Below are positions 27,791-41,026 of a stretch of DNA of 64,000 bases, one piece after another. The notes below the pieces were generated by a model. The model saw nothing but the letters and a program-made list of their open reading frames with translations, was not told the origin of the DNA and did not search any database. The translations under genes and the position numbers were made by a program. This stretch comes from Octopus vulgaris (Eukaryota). The stretch is from contig OX597832.1 in NCBI GenBank assembly GCA_951406725.2, positions 6,014,001-6,078,000 of the forward strand. The letters run 5' to 3'. Numbering within the stretch: position 1 is the stretch's first letter; every line of letters starts with the position of its first letter.

Positions 27791-28234
27791 TAATTGCCGA
27801 CCAAGTGTGACGTCCTATACGGGACAGTGCTACTTACGTTTATAGCCCCAGGAAGATATTTCTTCCAGATGGCTAACGATGCACGTTCTGTATTCGATTG
27901 GTATTTGCGCGGGGAGGCCATCGCTCCCATCTCAAGCCTTACGTGATACACACGGACTCGAGTTTCTAGGGTGGTTATCCGTCCTCAGCGTGTGTTAATC
28001 ACCAGCTAGTGATGAAAACTCATTCCACTCGCAAAATACTATATGCGTTTTCCGTTGAGAAACTCGAGTCCGTGTGTATCACGTAAGGCTAGAGATGGGA
28101 GCGATGAACTTCCCTCGCAAATACTAATTGGATGCAGAATGTGCGTCGTTAGCCATCTGGAAGAGATGTCTTCCTGGGGCTATAAACGTCAGTAGCATAG
28201 TCCTTTATAGGACATCACACTTGGTTGGCAATTA
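27791..28234. repeat. Long foldback: about 177-bp inverted arms (pLTR-like)
   Basis: 27791-27967 is the reverse complement of 28057-28234; microsatellites lie close by on both sides. Confidence 0.88.
27948..27995 (-). ncRNA. Type I hammerhead motif with damaged stem II
   Basis: Minus strand reads ACACACG-CTGAGGA-CGGATAACCACCCTA-GAAA-CTCGAG-TC-CGTGTGT. Confidence 0.65.
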
Positions 28235-29099
28235 TATACATACATACATACATACATACATACATACATACATACATACATACATACATACACAGGCATA
28301 CGCTGAGAGAGAGAGAAAGACCGTATGGATAAGTATACGTAAGTGCATCTTAGAGTATTATAGAAAACAACTAATCAATAGCGACAGAAGCCGCATTAAT
28401 ACCAAAAGGTAATATTTATCTCTAACTAAAAGTGGATGTTGTGTTAGAACACAGAACACTGCGTTGTATGCCACGAGAGGACCTCTCGTATGGGCTTGTG
28501 CTGCATTTAAGCAAAATTAAGTGCAGGAATCTCCCACGTTATGGGACTAATCTGTTCCTGAAAAACTATCCGTAACACGGAATTAATTTTCCTGTTGATG
28601 TTCATACTATAATGTGATAATGCGTTCCGATGGATATTTTTGAAGAAGAAAAAAAAAGACACCGAAAAATATCACAACTATTTTTATGCCTGAAAATAAC
28701 AATTTCTAAGCATACACAGTACAATATGAATACGTAAAAATATTTGAAGAGAAATACGTTAGGGAAGAATATGAATCGTAATATCATAATAGAATACATT
28801 CTTACCATAAAAGATATTGAATGCTGTGAGCGTAGTTAGTGATGGAATGAGAGTTGCTGGTAAGATGTGGGACACTGTCTTTCATCTTACAGTTCATCAT
28901 CAACATTTACACGAGGGATGATGCATTTATCCAAAATTGTTTGATGCTAATAGTGCATCGTGATTTTGTACTGATGAGTGTTGGGACTAAATTCATTGTA
29001 ATCTCCTCTTATAATTTTTATGTTACACCATCCATTACAGTTGTTATCTGTTAAAACTTGCTGATTTTCCTCCATAATTATATTCCTTTCAGTCAATTT

Positions 29100-29528
29100 A
29101 TGTGAGTGTGCACGTTCTTTGTTGAAAACGTGATGGCACCATCTGATGCTCTAAGGGATCTGCTATCGAAGCTGTTGATCCTCTTTCTAAGGGTCTTCGA
29201 GAGGGGCATGCTTCTGCTCCGTAGAGAAAAATGGAGAGGGCCGATGCGTGGTAGATACGGAGCTTCGTCTTCCGGGAGATAGAGCTGTGGGGCCAAAGGG
29301 GTTTCCATAGGCAGGCCCCGCACCAGATGGCTGGATGTGCATGGGGAAGATCTCCAGTGGCTCAACGTCACTATCGAGTATGCAGAGGGGCTGGCACGGG
29401 ACTGCCGGCGATGGAGAGCACTGGTGAACCTGGTCGACTCTATGCATGATGACGCCTCTGGGACAGCTAACAAGGGATGATTCCAGCCACATCAAGCAAG
29501 AACATGAACCAAGCAAGAAAGCAAGCAA
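29100..29528 (+). mobile_element. RTE-derived element with a 5' inversion
   Basis: 29100-29280 is antisense and 29281-29528 is sense relative to the 13410-13950 family; CAAG tail. Confidence 0.75.
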
Positions 29529-29599
29529 GTCAGTTTATGTGAAGTTGGTGGAATTTCTGTTTTCTATCTGTATTTTTTCAGTTTGCTTTCGTTTTAACA

Positions 29600-30050
29600 G
29601 CATCAGTTATTTCTTAGAATAGACATTCCTTATGACCTACCAGCAACTCAACCACACCCTCCTGAGTTTCTCAAGACATACATAATTCGCAAGTGCCACA
29701 ACATCATATCGAATTGGATGTAGACTTTCGCCTTGTGGAAAACGCCTTGTAGAAAACTTCTAAAGTCACAGATACAGTTTGGCCACATATTTTTCTAAGC
29801 ATTCAAATTTGAAGATTTCTCTTCATCTTATGACACAGCAATATTACCCACAGCATCCATTATGTTGAACTTCTCCCAGATGTCTCTAACTGTAGGTTTA
29901 TCTTCCTATGAATTGCTATTATAAGTTGTTTGAAAGTACTTCTCAGAAAATTTAACCTGGAGTTAGCCATCACACCTTGATCTAGAAACTGTATACTTGG
30001 GGATATCTTTAACTCTCACATTATCAGAGAGCTTATTTAAGCTCTCTGAT
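29600..30050 (-). mobile_element. pogo/Tigger transposase relic
   Basis: Minus strand IQFLDQGVM (matches the IQPLDQGVI motif) and a downstream KNMWP. Confidence 0.55.
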
Positions 30051-30069
30051 AACGCCGGGTCATAGTGCT

Positions 30070-30405
30070 AGTGCATGCACATACAGCTGAGTGCGTGCGC
30101 ACATACACGCGAGTACTGTACAAATCTCCGACCAATCACATACAGCTAGCTGGCATTCAATTAGTTTCGGGCATTTTGATTGGGTTTTGGATAGAAAATT
30201 CATAAAAAAGTCACTTCTATTGATTTTTTTAATGGCTTTGCGGGGTGACTGGGGAAATGTAAAGATGTGCACGACCACCCTTGGACGGTTTTGAATGACC
30301 ATAGAAAGTGCGAACCCTCTAACTGAAAAATTGTGGATTTGTATAAAGGACACGCACGCACACACACACACACACACACATTTTGCCGTTTATATATATA
30401 GAGAT
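30070..30405. mobile_element. Possible Helitron/Helentron-associated non-autonomous element (similar layout at 42340-42587)
   Basis: Internal (CA)n and a terminal TATATATAGA; preceded by an ACGCCGGG...CTAGT Helitron-like end. Confidence 0.35.
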
Positions 30406-31049
30406 AACTTGTAATAAAACTTTTAGTTTTAATAAAAGCTAATATTTTCTACATATAAATATTTTATTTAAACTCTTATTGTTAGCAGCAATATTTTAAG
30501 TAAAAATTTTCTTGTTCTGTACTTTACCAGATGTAATAAATTGTCTTGATCTTTTCCAAATGTAATAACTTGTCCTGTACTTTTCCAGGTTTATAATCTT
30601 AATATTATTTCTCTTGCTCGCATTTTTCCACGCAACAATACGTGCCGAGTATTGTAAATATATTGCCAATAGATGCAGCTTAATTTTTCTAATTCATTCC
30701 ATTGACATTTTTTTTCAAGTCGAGAAGTTTTGAAGGATCTTTTCCTTTTGAACGGCAGTTTTCAACACAATTTCTAGTTAACTAAACACTTTTAAACTTC
30801 ATATACTGGTAGAATGTGTCAAAAGAAAACATTTTTTTCTCTTGGCTTTCTTGAGAAAATTATAATTTGTAAGTTTAACGTAGTTTAATTTTTCGAAATT
30901 TAACCAATCCTATGCCCTGTATTGAGCTAAAATCATTTGCTGCGTCTAAAACTGAGACAACTGAGCAAACTGACAATCAATTTAGTGCATTATTGACCGA
31001 GCAACGCCGGGTAGCAGGCCGAGGATAGACAGACAGACAGACAAATAGG

Positions 31050-31126
<77 letters not shown>

Positions 31127-31299
31127 TTTCGTCGTGACTTGAGAAAATATACTACAAATATTCACGACGAAAATTACCACGTCATTCTATGTAACTGTAG
31201 ATAGTGACGCATACAAAAATGTGCGTAGACATATTTCTGATATACATAAATATATGCAGAATACATATATACATATATGTGTAGGTATGTATGTATTAA

Positions 31300-31697
31300 G
31301 TATATTTGGTTAATATATAGTTTAACTCCCGGTCACCAAAACAAACAAAAAAAAACAGTCTAATAGGTATTAAAAACGTGTAGAAAACGAATATGAAAGC
31401 AAAAATTTGCGCAGACGAGGAGGGTTGATGGAGGACTTTCGGAAAATTCACACGATCCGATTTTTCCCTCATAACTTTCAAGAAAATGGATATATATTAA
31501 TTAAATTTCATAGAAATACCATTCAAATGTTTTCCGAAGAGGTGGGGAGAGGACTTTCGGAAAATTCACACGATCCGATTCTTTCCTTCAAGACATTCAG
31601 TTTAATAGGTGTTTTCATATTCGTTTTCTGCACATTTTACTTTAGACTTTTTTTTTCTCTGGTGACCGGGAGTTAAACTATATTTTAACCGTATATT
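31300..31697. mobile_element. MITE with about 90-bp TIRs and an internal 32-bp direct repeat
   Basis: TATAGTTTAACTCCCGGTCACCA is mirrored by TGGTGACCGGGAGTTAAACTATA. GAGGACTTTCGGAAAATTCACACGATCCGATT occurs twice inside. Confidence 0.75.
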
Positions 31698-31719
31698 TAT
31701 AGTTTCTGAAATGTTTAAC

Positions 31720-32134
31720 TACTCTTTTACTCTTTTACTTGTTTCAGTCATTTGACTGCGGCCATGCTGGAGCACCGCCTTTAGTCGAGCAACTCGACCC
31801 CGGGACTTATTCTTTTTGTAAGCCTAGTACTTATTCTATCGGTCTCTTTTTGCCGAACCGCTAAGTGACGGGGACGTAAACACCCCAGCATCGGTTGTCA
31901 AGCAATGCTAGGGGAACAAACACAGACACACAAACACACACACACATATATATATATATACACATATATATGACAGGCTTCTTTCAGTTTCCGTCTACCA
32001 AATCCACTCACAAGGCTTTGGTCGGCCCGGGGCTATAGCAGAAGACACTTGCCCAAGATGCCACGCAGTGGGACTGAACCCGGAACCATGTGGTTGGTTA
32101 GCAAGCTACTTACCACACAGCCACTCCTGCGCCT
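31720..32134 (-). mobile_element. tRNA-derived SINE family A, representative near-intact copy
   Basis: Head GGAGTGGCTGTGTGGTAAG...GGTTCAGTCCC, internal (TA)/(TG)n, tail GACTGAAACAAGTAAAAGAG. Other copies: about 3380-3720(+), 18728-19121(-), 21728-22115(-), 23155-23314(-), 27205-27633(-), 34968-35368(+), 38592-39040(+), 40733-40855(+), 42130-42700(-), 46636-46780(-), 57418-57740(-). Confidence 0.85.
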
Positions 32135-32721
32135 ACTTTGATCTTAATTCCAAAATTAGTGGACATTCGTTACAACTGCTTCGCGTAGAAAATCTCATAG
32201 TTAGGATAGCCGTAATGCGGGTGATGCCTGTACTTAATCTTAAACAGAAATAATATACATGTTTTAACTGAACTATATAGATGAGTTCTGCTTGTCAGTT
32301 CAACTGTTCTACTTATCTAAGAGTCAGCAAATTCAATTATCCAGATCAGTTGATTTAAGCAGATAATAATGTGTCTTGGTGCAACAGCTCCGCAAGGTTT
32401 TAACTGAAACCAAACTGAATATGTTGTAAAGATATGCTGTATGTGACGTATAAATCTTTTTCTTTTCTGGTTTTCTCTTGCGACTTGAAGTAGTTAACAG
32501 AACAAGCATTATCGAACGCAAAAAGATCAGCGTCACATTGTTTTGATTAATACTTCTTTTATTTTATAGAAATAAATAATTACAATTGCAAAATATATAT
32601 CAGGAATAATCTCCCTATCACTTTTAAAGATTCAGCCAAGGCAATGCAAAGATATATTTTTCTAGTTTTTTTTTCTTTTAAGATAAATTGTCGTGAAGAG
32701 ATGACAAGAATAAAATTCCTT

Positions 32722-33156
32722 GGATCTATTCGGTTTGACCGGCAGTTTTTCTAGTGGTGTCATATGAAATTGTCACCCATAATTATGACCCTAGTATCGA
32801 TCTATTGCATTTCAATCTGTTTTAGGGTTAGGGTTAGTTAGGGTTAGGGTTAGGGTTAGGGGTAAGAGGAAGGGTATCTTTTTTTCTTCACAAATGTAAA
32901 GAAACCCAATCTGTTTCTTAAACGAGGAACATATTCATACGGCACAGAATGTTTTTTACCTCAATAGACGCCAGTGATTGGTTGAAATTGCAGAAATTGA
33001 AGAAAAAAAACAAATATCTTACAAACTATAGAATTTTCTCAATAAAGCCAAGAGAAAAAGATGTTTTATAAACACATTCTATCAGTATACGAAGTTAAAA
33101 ATTTTTTAGTTACCTGGAAATTATGTTAAAAACTGCCGTTCAAACCGAAAAGATCC
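32722..33156. mobile_element. Non-autonomous DNA transposon (GG-ended TIRs, 8-bp TSD; Merlin-like) carrying (TTAGGG)n
   Basis: TIRs GGATCTATTCGGTTTGACCGGCAGTTTTT / AAAAACTGCCGTTCAAACCGAAAAGATCC. TSD AATTCCTT at 32714-32721 and 33157-33164. Confidence 0.85.
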
Positions 33157-33796
33157 AATTCCTTAACTAATTCATCAAAGTATTCTCAAGAAAATGGACA
33201 AATAATTTAAGGTCATAATAGAGAAAAATGCCGCCGTCTTTTACGTTAGTGTCAGAGACATTTCAACACTAGGAGACAGGCAATGCTGTGAGAGACATTG
33301 CTTCGTGAGGCCAGCGTAAATGTCGCTAAAAAACAGAAAAATTGTGGTTTTTATAACCTTCATGAGAAATTTTTAGAAGCGTCCAAAATCAATCTTTTGG
33401 AATAATTTTCGGTCAAAAACCAAGACGGCTTTGGCTAGTATATTTTTCAACCAATGAAATGAGTCCTTTCAAATTAAGTTTGCTTTACTCGCAAATTACC
33501 GCCAAAAGAACTATCTTACGAACTTAACACTAGTTTATTTTCATTCAATAATACTTTGCTAAAACGCTTTTTACTACTATGTCGAGAAACGAAGTCACTG
33601 TAAGTGTAATCTGATCCAAGGGGAATAATTCCTAAGTTGAAATGCTAAGAGATTACTAATTATCTCCCTTGTAAGCTAAAATTTCAGTTTGATGGATATC
33701 AACAGCGTTTAAAATATACCTAACACAATTTAACGAATCATAACTTTTTCTAGTATAGTAGAAAGAGGTATAAAGCCTGAAAGATATATATCTGCA

Positions 33797-33882
<86 letters not shown>

Positions 33883-36800
33883 CGTCTTCGAGAGAACTCA
33901 AACTAAATTTGACGGGCGTGTGGTATCAGAAACATTAGCACGCCGGGCGAAATGCTTAGCGGTATTTCGTCTGTCGTTACGTTCTGAGTTCAAATTCCGC
34001 CGAGGTCGACTTTGCCTTTCATCCTTTCGGGGTCGATAAATTAAGTACCAGTTACGCACTGGGGTTGATGTAATCGACTTAATACCTATGTCTGTCTTTG
34101 TTTGTCCCCTCTATGTTTAGCCCCTTGAGGGTAATAAAGAAATAGGTATCTTGAAGCATACACATAAAGCTATAAATTAACAGTACATAAATATTGGGCT
34201 GGAAAACCTTTTTGAATAGAATAACGAAAACTGCTCGTGGGACTCGAATCCTCACCTCCTCTAGCCGTGACAGGTATTCTGCCACTGTACCAAAACAATC
34301 CTTCGAATTTTTCAATCCATTTTAGAATGAAGTTGTGTAAAATATGTATTTATTGTATTTATTCATTTTCTATTCAACAAACACTCGCAATGGTTGCATC
34401 TTCTCGATGTTCCAAAGCCATAATACTATTTAATTTTTCAGCAGGAATTATTTCACCGTAAAATCATCTTTTGTATGAGACTCAACAACCATATACGAGC
34501 CTTCAGAATCTCAGAATCTCTTTAGGCGCTACTGAAAACTTCATTTTATTGTACTGAACGAAGTACAGTATTCCGTACAAAGCCTATTTTCCTACTGCCA
34601 GTTATTTCCCTTTAATGCCATATCGCTCACAATCCTGTGCCTCCTTCATTGACACTTTTCTCTCACAAGGAAAAAGCAAATATTTCTTCACTATTGTTTT
34701 AGTAAATAACTTATAACCAAAAATGATTTTTTAATTATTCATTTAAAACTGTGGTTCTCAACTAGGGTTCACATAAGATTTTGTTGTTAACATTTATCTG
34801 CAATAAATCAGTTATACAAGCACAAAATATTTTTAATTTTTTTCTAATCAATTCCTAATATTTAATAATAGAAATATAGTATGATTTTTTTTTTATAAAC
34901 ATCAAATGGCTAAGAGGTTCTATCCAAGTAAAATAGGTATCAAAGGGACCCATTTTTTTAAAATGAATGGCTGTGTGGTAAGTCGCTTGCTTACTGACCA
35001 CATGGTTCCGGGTTCAATCCAACTGCATGGTACCTTCAGCAAGTGTCTTCTACTATACCCTCGGGCTGACCAAAGCCTTGTGAGTGTATTTGGTAGACAG
35101 AAACTGAAAGAAGCCCGTCGTATATATATATATAAATATATATTTGTGTGTGTGTGTGTGTATGTGTATGTCTGTGTTTGTCCCCCCAACATCACTTGAC
35201 AACTGATGCTAGTGTGTTTACGTCCCCGTAACTTAGCGGTTCAGCAAAAGAGACCGATAGAATAAGTACTAGGCTTACAAAGAATAAGTCCTGGGGGCGA
35301 TTTGCTCGACTAAAGGCGGTGCTCCAGCATGGCCGCACTCAACTGACTGAAACAAATAAAAGAGTAAAACAATGATTTAAAACATTATTTATTGAGTATT
35401 ATTGCTTTTCAACATTGCATAACTCTTCATAGTTAGCTTTTTAATGCTTTTTGCATTAAATATATTAACACCAACTTTACTACTTTTACTGTCTAATTTT
35501 GATCATTGCTCTGATTCAATCATGATTTTTCATATTGTATTAGGAAATTTAAAATCGTAAAAATTATAAAACAAATCACCTGTAATGCATAAAGAGACAC
35601 TAAGGCTGCTTAACCTAATAGAAAGAGCAGCAAAATCTTTTTCACTCTTACCCTACTATTTGAAATAATGATTTCAAATTTTGGCACAGGGTCAGCAGTT
35701 TTTGAGGTCGGGGCTGGTCAATTACATCAACCCCAGTACTTGATTAGTACTTATCTTATCAACACTAAAAGGATGAAAGGTAAAGTTGACCTTGGCAGAA
35801 TTTGAACTCAGAAATGCTGCTATGCATTTTGTCTGGCAGCACTAACAATTCTGCCAGCTCGCTGCCTTTGCTGCTTTGAATAACAAAAAGACATGTTGGA
35901 TAACGTAGCCCTAGACACCCCTAAAGTGACAGAATAATCACAGCTAGAATGCTTTATATTATGAATCTTCATCGTTATCATCATCACCATCATTGTTATC
36001 ATCCACAGAGTCCTTCTTTAGCCAAAGGTAGAGCAGGTGATTAAATACAGACAACTGAAATATATACTAGTAATATAGTGCAGTATCTACTTGGTCATTT
36101 GAAAATGTCTATACCAAATTCTTAGAATATACTACAGATTAAGTATGCTTTTCCAACAATAATATTCCTTAATCTGTTCATAAATGGGATACTGATTTTT
36201 CAGAAAAAAAAAAAAAAAATTAACATGTATTACTCCAGAATGGCTTCATAGGATGGATTAAACAAAGGAACACAAAATTCAAGCTACAGACATCTATACA
36301 ATGACCAGTTCCTTCTATCAGACAACATAAAAGCAATAAGAAAATCTCAAAAAGGAATGAATTCTTTTATCAACCTCTTCAGTTATTCATACTGGACACA
36401 GCCAAATCCTCAGAAGTGGGGAAACTGGTTAAAATCATCAAAAGTTAAAACCTAACAAAACCTAACCAAAAAAAAAAGCATCAGTCTTAATATTACCCTA
36501 AGTTTCAACAACCAAACATCTATAGACACCTTTTAACAACCATCAACATCAGCAAAGATTTTGGCTCCATTACCTATTACCCCACTTGTAAATATAAACA
36601 CTTCATGAAGAAGCAACACAAAACACTTGCAAAAAAATAATAAATAAAAACAATATTTCGCAATTCTCAAAACCTGTGGTATACATGAAGCTCACATCTC
36701 AAATATTCAACCTCATGAATGCAATACCAGTAGATTTATCCTCTTATCCTCTAAACAGATACTGCTATGACCTTTCCACATCCTTCAACACATTCACTCA

Positions 36801-38804
36801 AAGAATGGCAACATAATCTTCCCTTCTCCCCATTCTCCTGCTGTAGGTGCACACCTACTTCAACTTTACACCAATCGTTTAAAAACTTGATTCCAAAGTT
36901 ATGGTCTTAAAAGAGCACCAGTCAAATCCACTGTGTCTCTTCTTACCAACACAACCAAAAAACATGAAATACACCCAACCATTAGACACAAAAATGTAAA
37001 CAAACATAATGAAGATAAGTCACCACATAAAGCATTGATTCAGAACAGTTTTATCTGAAGACTGAAGAACTCTAGGCCCACCACTATTAGACATGTACTT
37101 TGATCAGATTGCCTTCCAGCTGAGAGCAAGAAGTGCTTCTTTTACATGATTTAAACATGTTGAGGTCACTATCATAGCAATGAGTGGTAACTACTATTGA
37201 GGCATGTGATATACCAATCTCATACACCAAATATAAAGTTGACAGCAACTACATTATGCCATCTGGAATGTTGTCAGAGAGCTTTTTAAAGCAACTCTCT
37301 AATTCATCTTAGGTGGTACATTATTGCATTGTTTTTGAATATTATTAATATAAGTCCAAAAATAAGTTTTATCTCTATGAGATGGTGTAGTCTATGTTAC
37401 AGAAGGTACAGAGCAATCTTCATCTCAAATCTTTTGACAAATCATTGCAGGCTGAAATATCCTTATTTCTTTATTGCCCACAAGGGGCTAAACTTAGAGA
37501 GGACAAACAAGGACAGACAAACGGATTAAGTCGATTACATCGACCCCAGTGCATAACTGGTACTTATTTAATCGACCCCGAAAGGATGAAAGGCAAAGTC
37601 GACCTCGGCGGAATTTGAACTCAGAACATAACGGCAGATGAAATACTGCTAAGTATTTCGCCCAGCGTGCCAACGATTCTGCCAGCTCGCTGAAATATCC
37701 TGTCTCTAGGTGGCAGACTTAGCTTTCCAACAAATTTTATGTTATGTTTCTGCTTTGTAAAACAATATCTTTATAACAATTTAATCACCAAACACAATCA
37801 AATGTAAATATTTTCCATGGTCATTTTCTTAATTAAACCTGCAAAGATTGAACTCACTAACTTTTATTTCATCCAATATGCTCTTATTTCATCATGAAGG
37901 CTGCAACTTCTAAAATGTACTGCATCCACTTGATATGCAGCAAGTTGCTGCAACACTAATGGATGATGATAATGATACTTTGATTGAAATGGTTTCAGCT
38001 TTCTTTTCATTGTGCCACTCAGATGTAAACATGCTTGGTGTTATATTCTACAAAAAACACAACCTACTGTTCATGATATCACAGGAATGTATTCTGTACC
38101 TGTTAACCAAAGAATGCTGATAATGTTAGCAACCTGAAAAAGCATGCAACTAGACGATTTTGGAACACTCAGTGCTTGCAAACTAGGAGTATATATGCAT
38201 GCTATAACCAACAGAGAACTACTTCAAAACCATCTGTCCATTTTATTGATGTTCCAACTGTGAAGTCTTATGTTATAATATTTCTCATGCAATAAAACTA
38301 CCTGACTTTGGAATTCAAGTTACCAAGGAGGATTTTGTCATCCTGCATGGAATACTCTGGAGTTACTTAGAGAGGAGATACTAGTAATAAGATAATAGTT
38401 GTCATCTTCCATCATGATGGTGAGGTGTCAGGAAAGAGGAGGATAATGTAGATTGTAGCTGGACATATATTAGGTAAAAATGAAAGTCAGTTCAGTACTT
38501 AGACATTATAAACTATTTCCTTACTACCTTCCAACCAACCATTGCACAAAGGAATGGTTGGTCTCTAAGTTTCAGACTTTAATATCAATATAGGAGTGGT
38601 TGTGTGGTAAATAGCTGTGTGGTGAGTAGCTGTGTGGTAAGTGGTTATGTGGTAAGTAGTTTGGTTACCAACCACATGGTTTCGGGTTCAGTCCCACTGC
38701 GTGGCACCTAGGGCAAGTGTCTTCTACTATAGCCATGGGGCAACCAAAGCCTTGTGAGAGGATTTGGTAGACAGAAACTGAAAGAAGCCTGTCGTATATA
38801 TGTG

Positions 38805-38843
<39 letters not shown>

Positions 38844-40141
38844 ATATATGTTTGTTCTCCCAACCATCACTTGACAACTGATGTTGGTATGTTTACGGCC
38901 CCGTAACTTAGCGGTTCGGCAAAAGAGACTGATAGAATAAGTACTAGGCTTACAAAGAATAAATCCTGGGGTCGATTTGCTCAACTAAAGGTGGTGCTCC
39001 AGCATGGCCACAGTCAAATGACTGAAACAAGTAAAAGAGTAATAGCAAAGCACTTTAAATGAGAGACACAGAGGGGCTGCTACATAGAGATTCATTGGAC
39101 TTCCCTCTATTAAAATATATTCTCAGAAAGAATGAAATTAATGTGTTTTACGTGATTTTAGAACCAGGTTATGGTCCTCGTGTGGTAATCATACACCAAT
39201 TTAAGTTATAGTCAAACTCATTCTCGTACGAGTTAGTCACTCTTCAACCAATTTTATATTGATTTTACAAAATGTTGAGCAAAATAAACAACAGTTTTGA
39301 TTCTCAGTCAAAATTATTTTAAGTTGCAAAATATTCTAGAAAAGATGAAAATGTCAAGTTTCTAATATCTTTTGTTGTATCTTGGGATAATCTTTATGCT
39401 AATAATAAACACATACTATTCACTTTACATATTCTATTTCACTTCTTTATTATTTGTCAGTTGGTTAACTATTTAACCAATTAACTAATCAATTGTTCCA
39501 CTATTCGTTTGGTTAATTAATCAATCAGTTACAATTGTCAAAGTCCTTACATTGCCATTTGTAACCTCAACAATGAAAAGCCCTCACTACTCCAGGTCAG
39601 CTTCTGGTCTGACCGTCTCTTAACATTAAGCTCTATATTTATGTAGTTGTGTGGACTTCCATAAAATCTGACAAACATTAAATCTTTGTCCGAGATTATT
39701 CATTGATTTCACCTCATTCTAATTTCTTTTCATCAACACAGTATTACTAACCAGCTAATTAACCAACCAGCTAATTAACCAACCAGCTAATTAACCAAAC
39801 AAAAACTCAGTCTCACAGACATATTAGAATTTAAATAAAAGCAAACAGTTTATAATGTTAGTTATTTTTTTTTATTTTTATTTAAACAAAAATTTTCTTG
39901 TAAGAAAATATCAATAACGTTCGTGATTAAATAATAATTATTTCGGTTAATTATTTTTCCGTTTTCATTTTATGTTAAAAATGCGAAAAGAAGTTACAAA
40001 ATATAAACATATGAGGATAATGTTCAGCAAGAGAAGCAAATTTCTCTAAAAGTAGATAAATGTATATAACGGGAGATATCTAATACTTTTGAAAGTGCTC
40101 TTTATCAAAGTTCGATGAAAGACAACACCTAAAACATCAAA

Positions 40142-40153
40142 TTTATTTTTATT
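40142..40153 (-). terminator. Tandem AATAAA-AATAAA polyadenylation signals of TMEM256
   Basis: Two adjacent AATAAA hexamers about 110 nt downstream of the stop codon on the minus strand. Confidence 0.55.
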
Positions 40154-40263
40154 CATACTGTTCAGCATATCTCATTTCGATTTTTTTTTTTTTTCACAGA
40201 ATTGACTTTTACAGTTCTCTTTGAATACTAGGGATTATTTTCTCTAATAGTCAATTTTTTTAA

Positions 40264-40407
40264 TTAGACCGCTATGATAATCCAGCCCAGAATAAGAAAC
40301 ATTCCACCATAGGGTGTGAATATCCGCAGTCTTTTATCATCAGTTAATGCATGGTAGTAACAAGTGCCTGAAAACAGCAACATTCCAGTTGTGAGCAAGT
40401 AACCAGT
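40264..40407 (-). CDS. TMEM256: TMEM256 homolog, terminal coding exon 4 (TGYLLTTGMLLFSGTCYYHALTDDKRLRIFTPYGGMFLILGWIIIAV*)
   Basis: Acceptor TTTTCAG and stop TAA at 40266-40264. Matches the family C-terminus G..LF.G..YY.AL......P.GG...I.GW. Confidence 0.94.
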   Translation of the reverse strand, partial: TGYLLTTGMLLFSGTCYYHALTDDKRLRIFTPYGGMFLILGWIIIAV

Positions 40408-40489
40408 CTGAAAATTTCAAAGAAAAATAAAAAATGTCATTAAAATGCTGTTAAAAACAAAAATTAAAACAAAAACAATAACTTTTACA

Positions 40490-40626
40490 TTAACCTTTAG
40501 CATGCTTAAGTGCATCATGTTGCCATACAAGTTTTCTCCCCTGCAGCAGCAAGCATATTGTGTTGCATTGAAAGAGGAGAAAACTCATATGGTGACATGA
40601 TGTACTAACAGCATGCTAAAGGTTAA
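40490..40626. mobile_element. piggyBac-like hairpin MITE with TTAA target sites
   Basis: TTAA-CCTTTAGCATGCT...AGCATGCTAAAGG-TTAA with about 47-bp arms. Confidence 0.8.
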
Positions 40627-41026
40627 TATGCAGACATGATATTTGTTCTTTGATATTTTGTTAGTAAAATATATCTGTTAATATATGAGATATTTGATAT
40701 TTCTGGTCATATGAGATAGCACTTTATAGGCACAAGAATGACCAAATGGTAAGGAGTTGACTTCCCAACCACATGGTTGAGTCTTCTACAAATAGCCCCA
40801 GACCAGCCAAAGCCTTGTCAATGGGTTTGGTAGATGGAAACTGAAAGAAGCCATCCCCTGAAGCTGAATCTTTCAAGGATGAAGTACTGAAGAACAACCT
40901 CAGGAAGCTGAACCTTTCAGGCAAGATGACAAAGGATGGAGATACCTGGCACCTTGTTGTACTCAAGAAGACCCAAAGTCCACAGTAGAAATGTTAAGAT
41001 CAATCCTTCTGGTGATGTAGAGCACT

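Noticed and set aside
32822-32861. Chromosome end or fusion site suggested by TTAGGG
   Set aside because: Short, one orientation only, and enclosed in a TIR/TSD-bounded element.
34225-34292. tRNA-like sequence on the minus strand (also at 46345-46417 and in SINE heads)
   Set aside because: No complete cloverleaf. The 34262-34327 part recurs in diverged form at about 23690-23770, so it is a repeat and not a tRNA gene.
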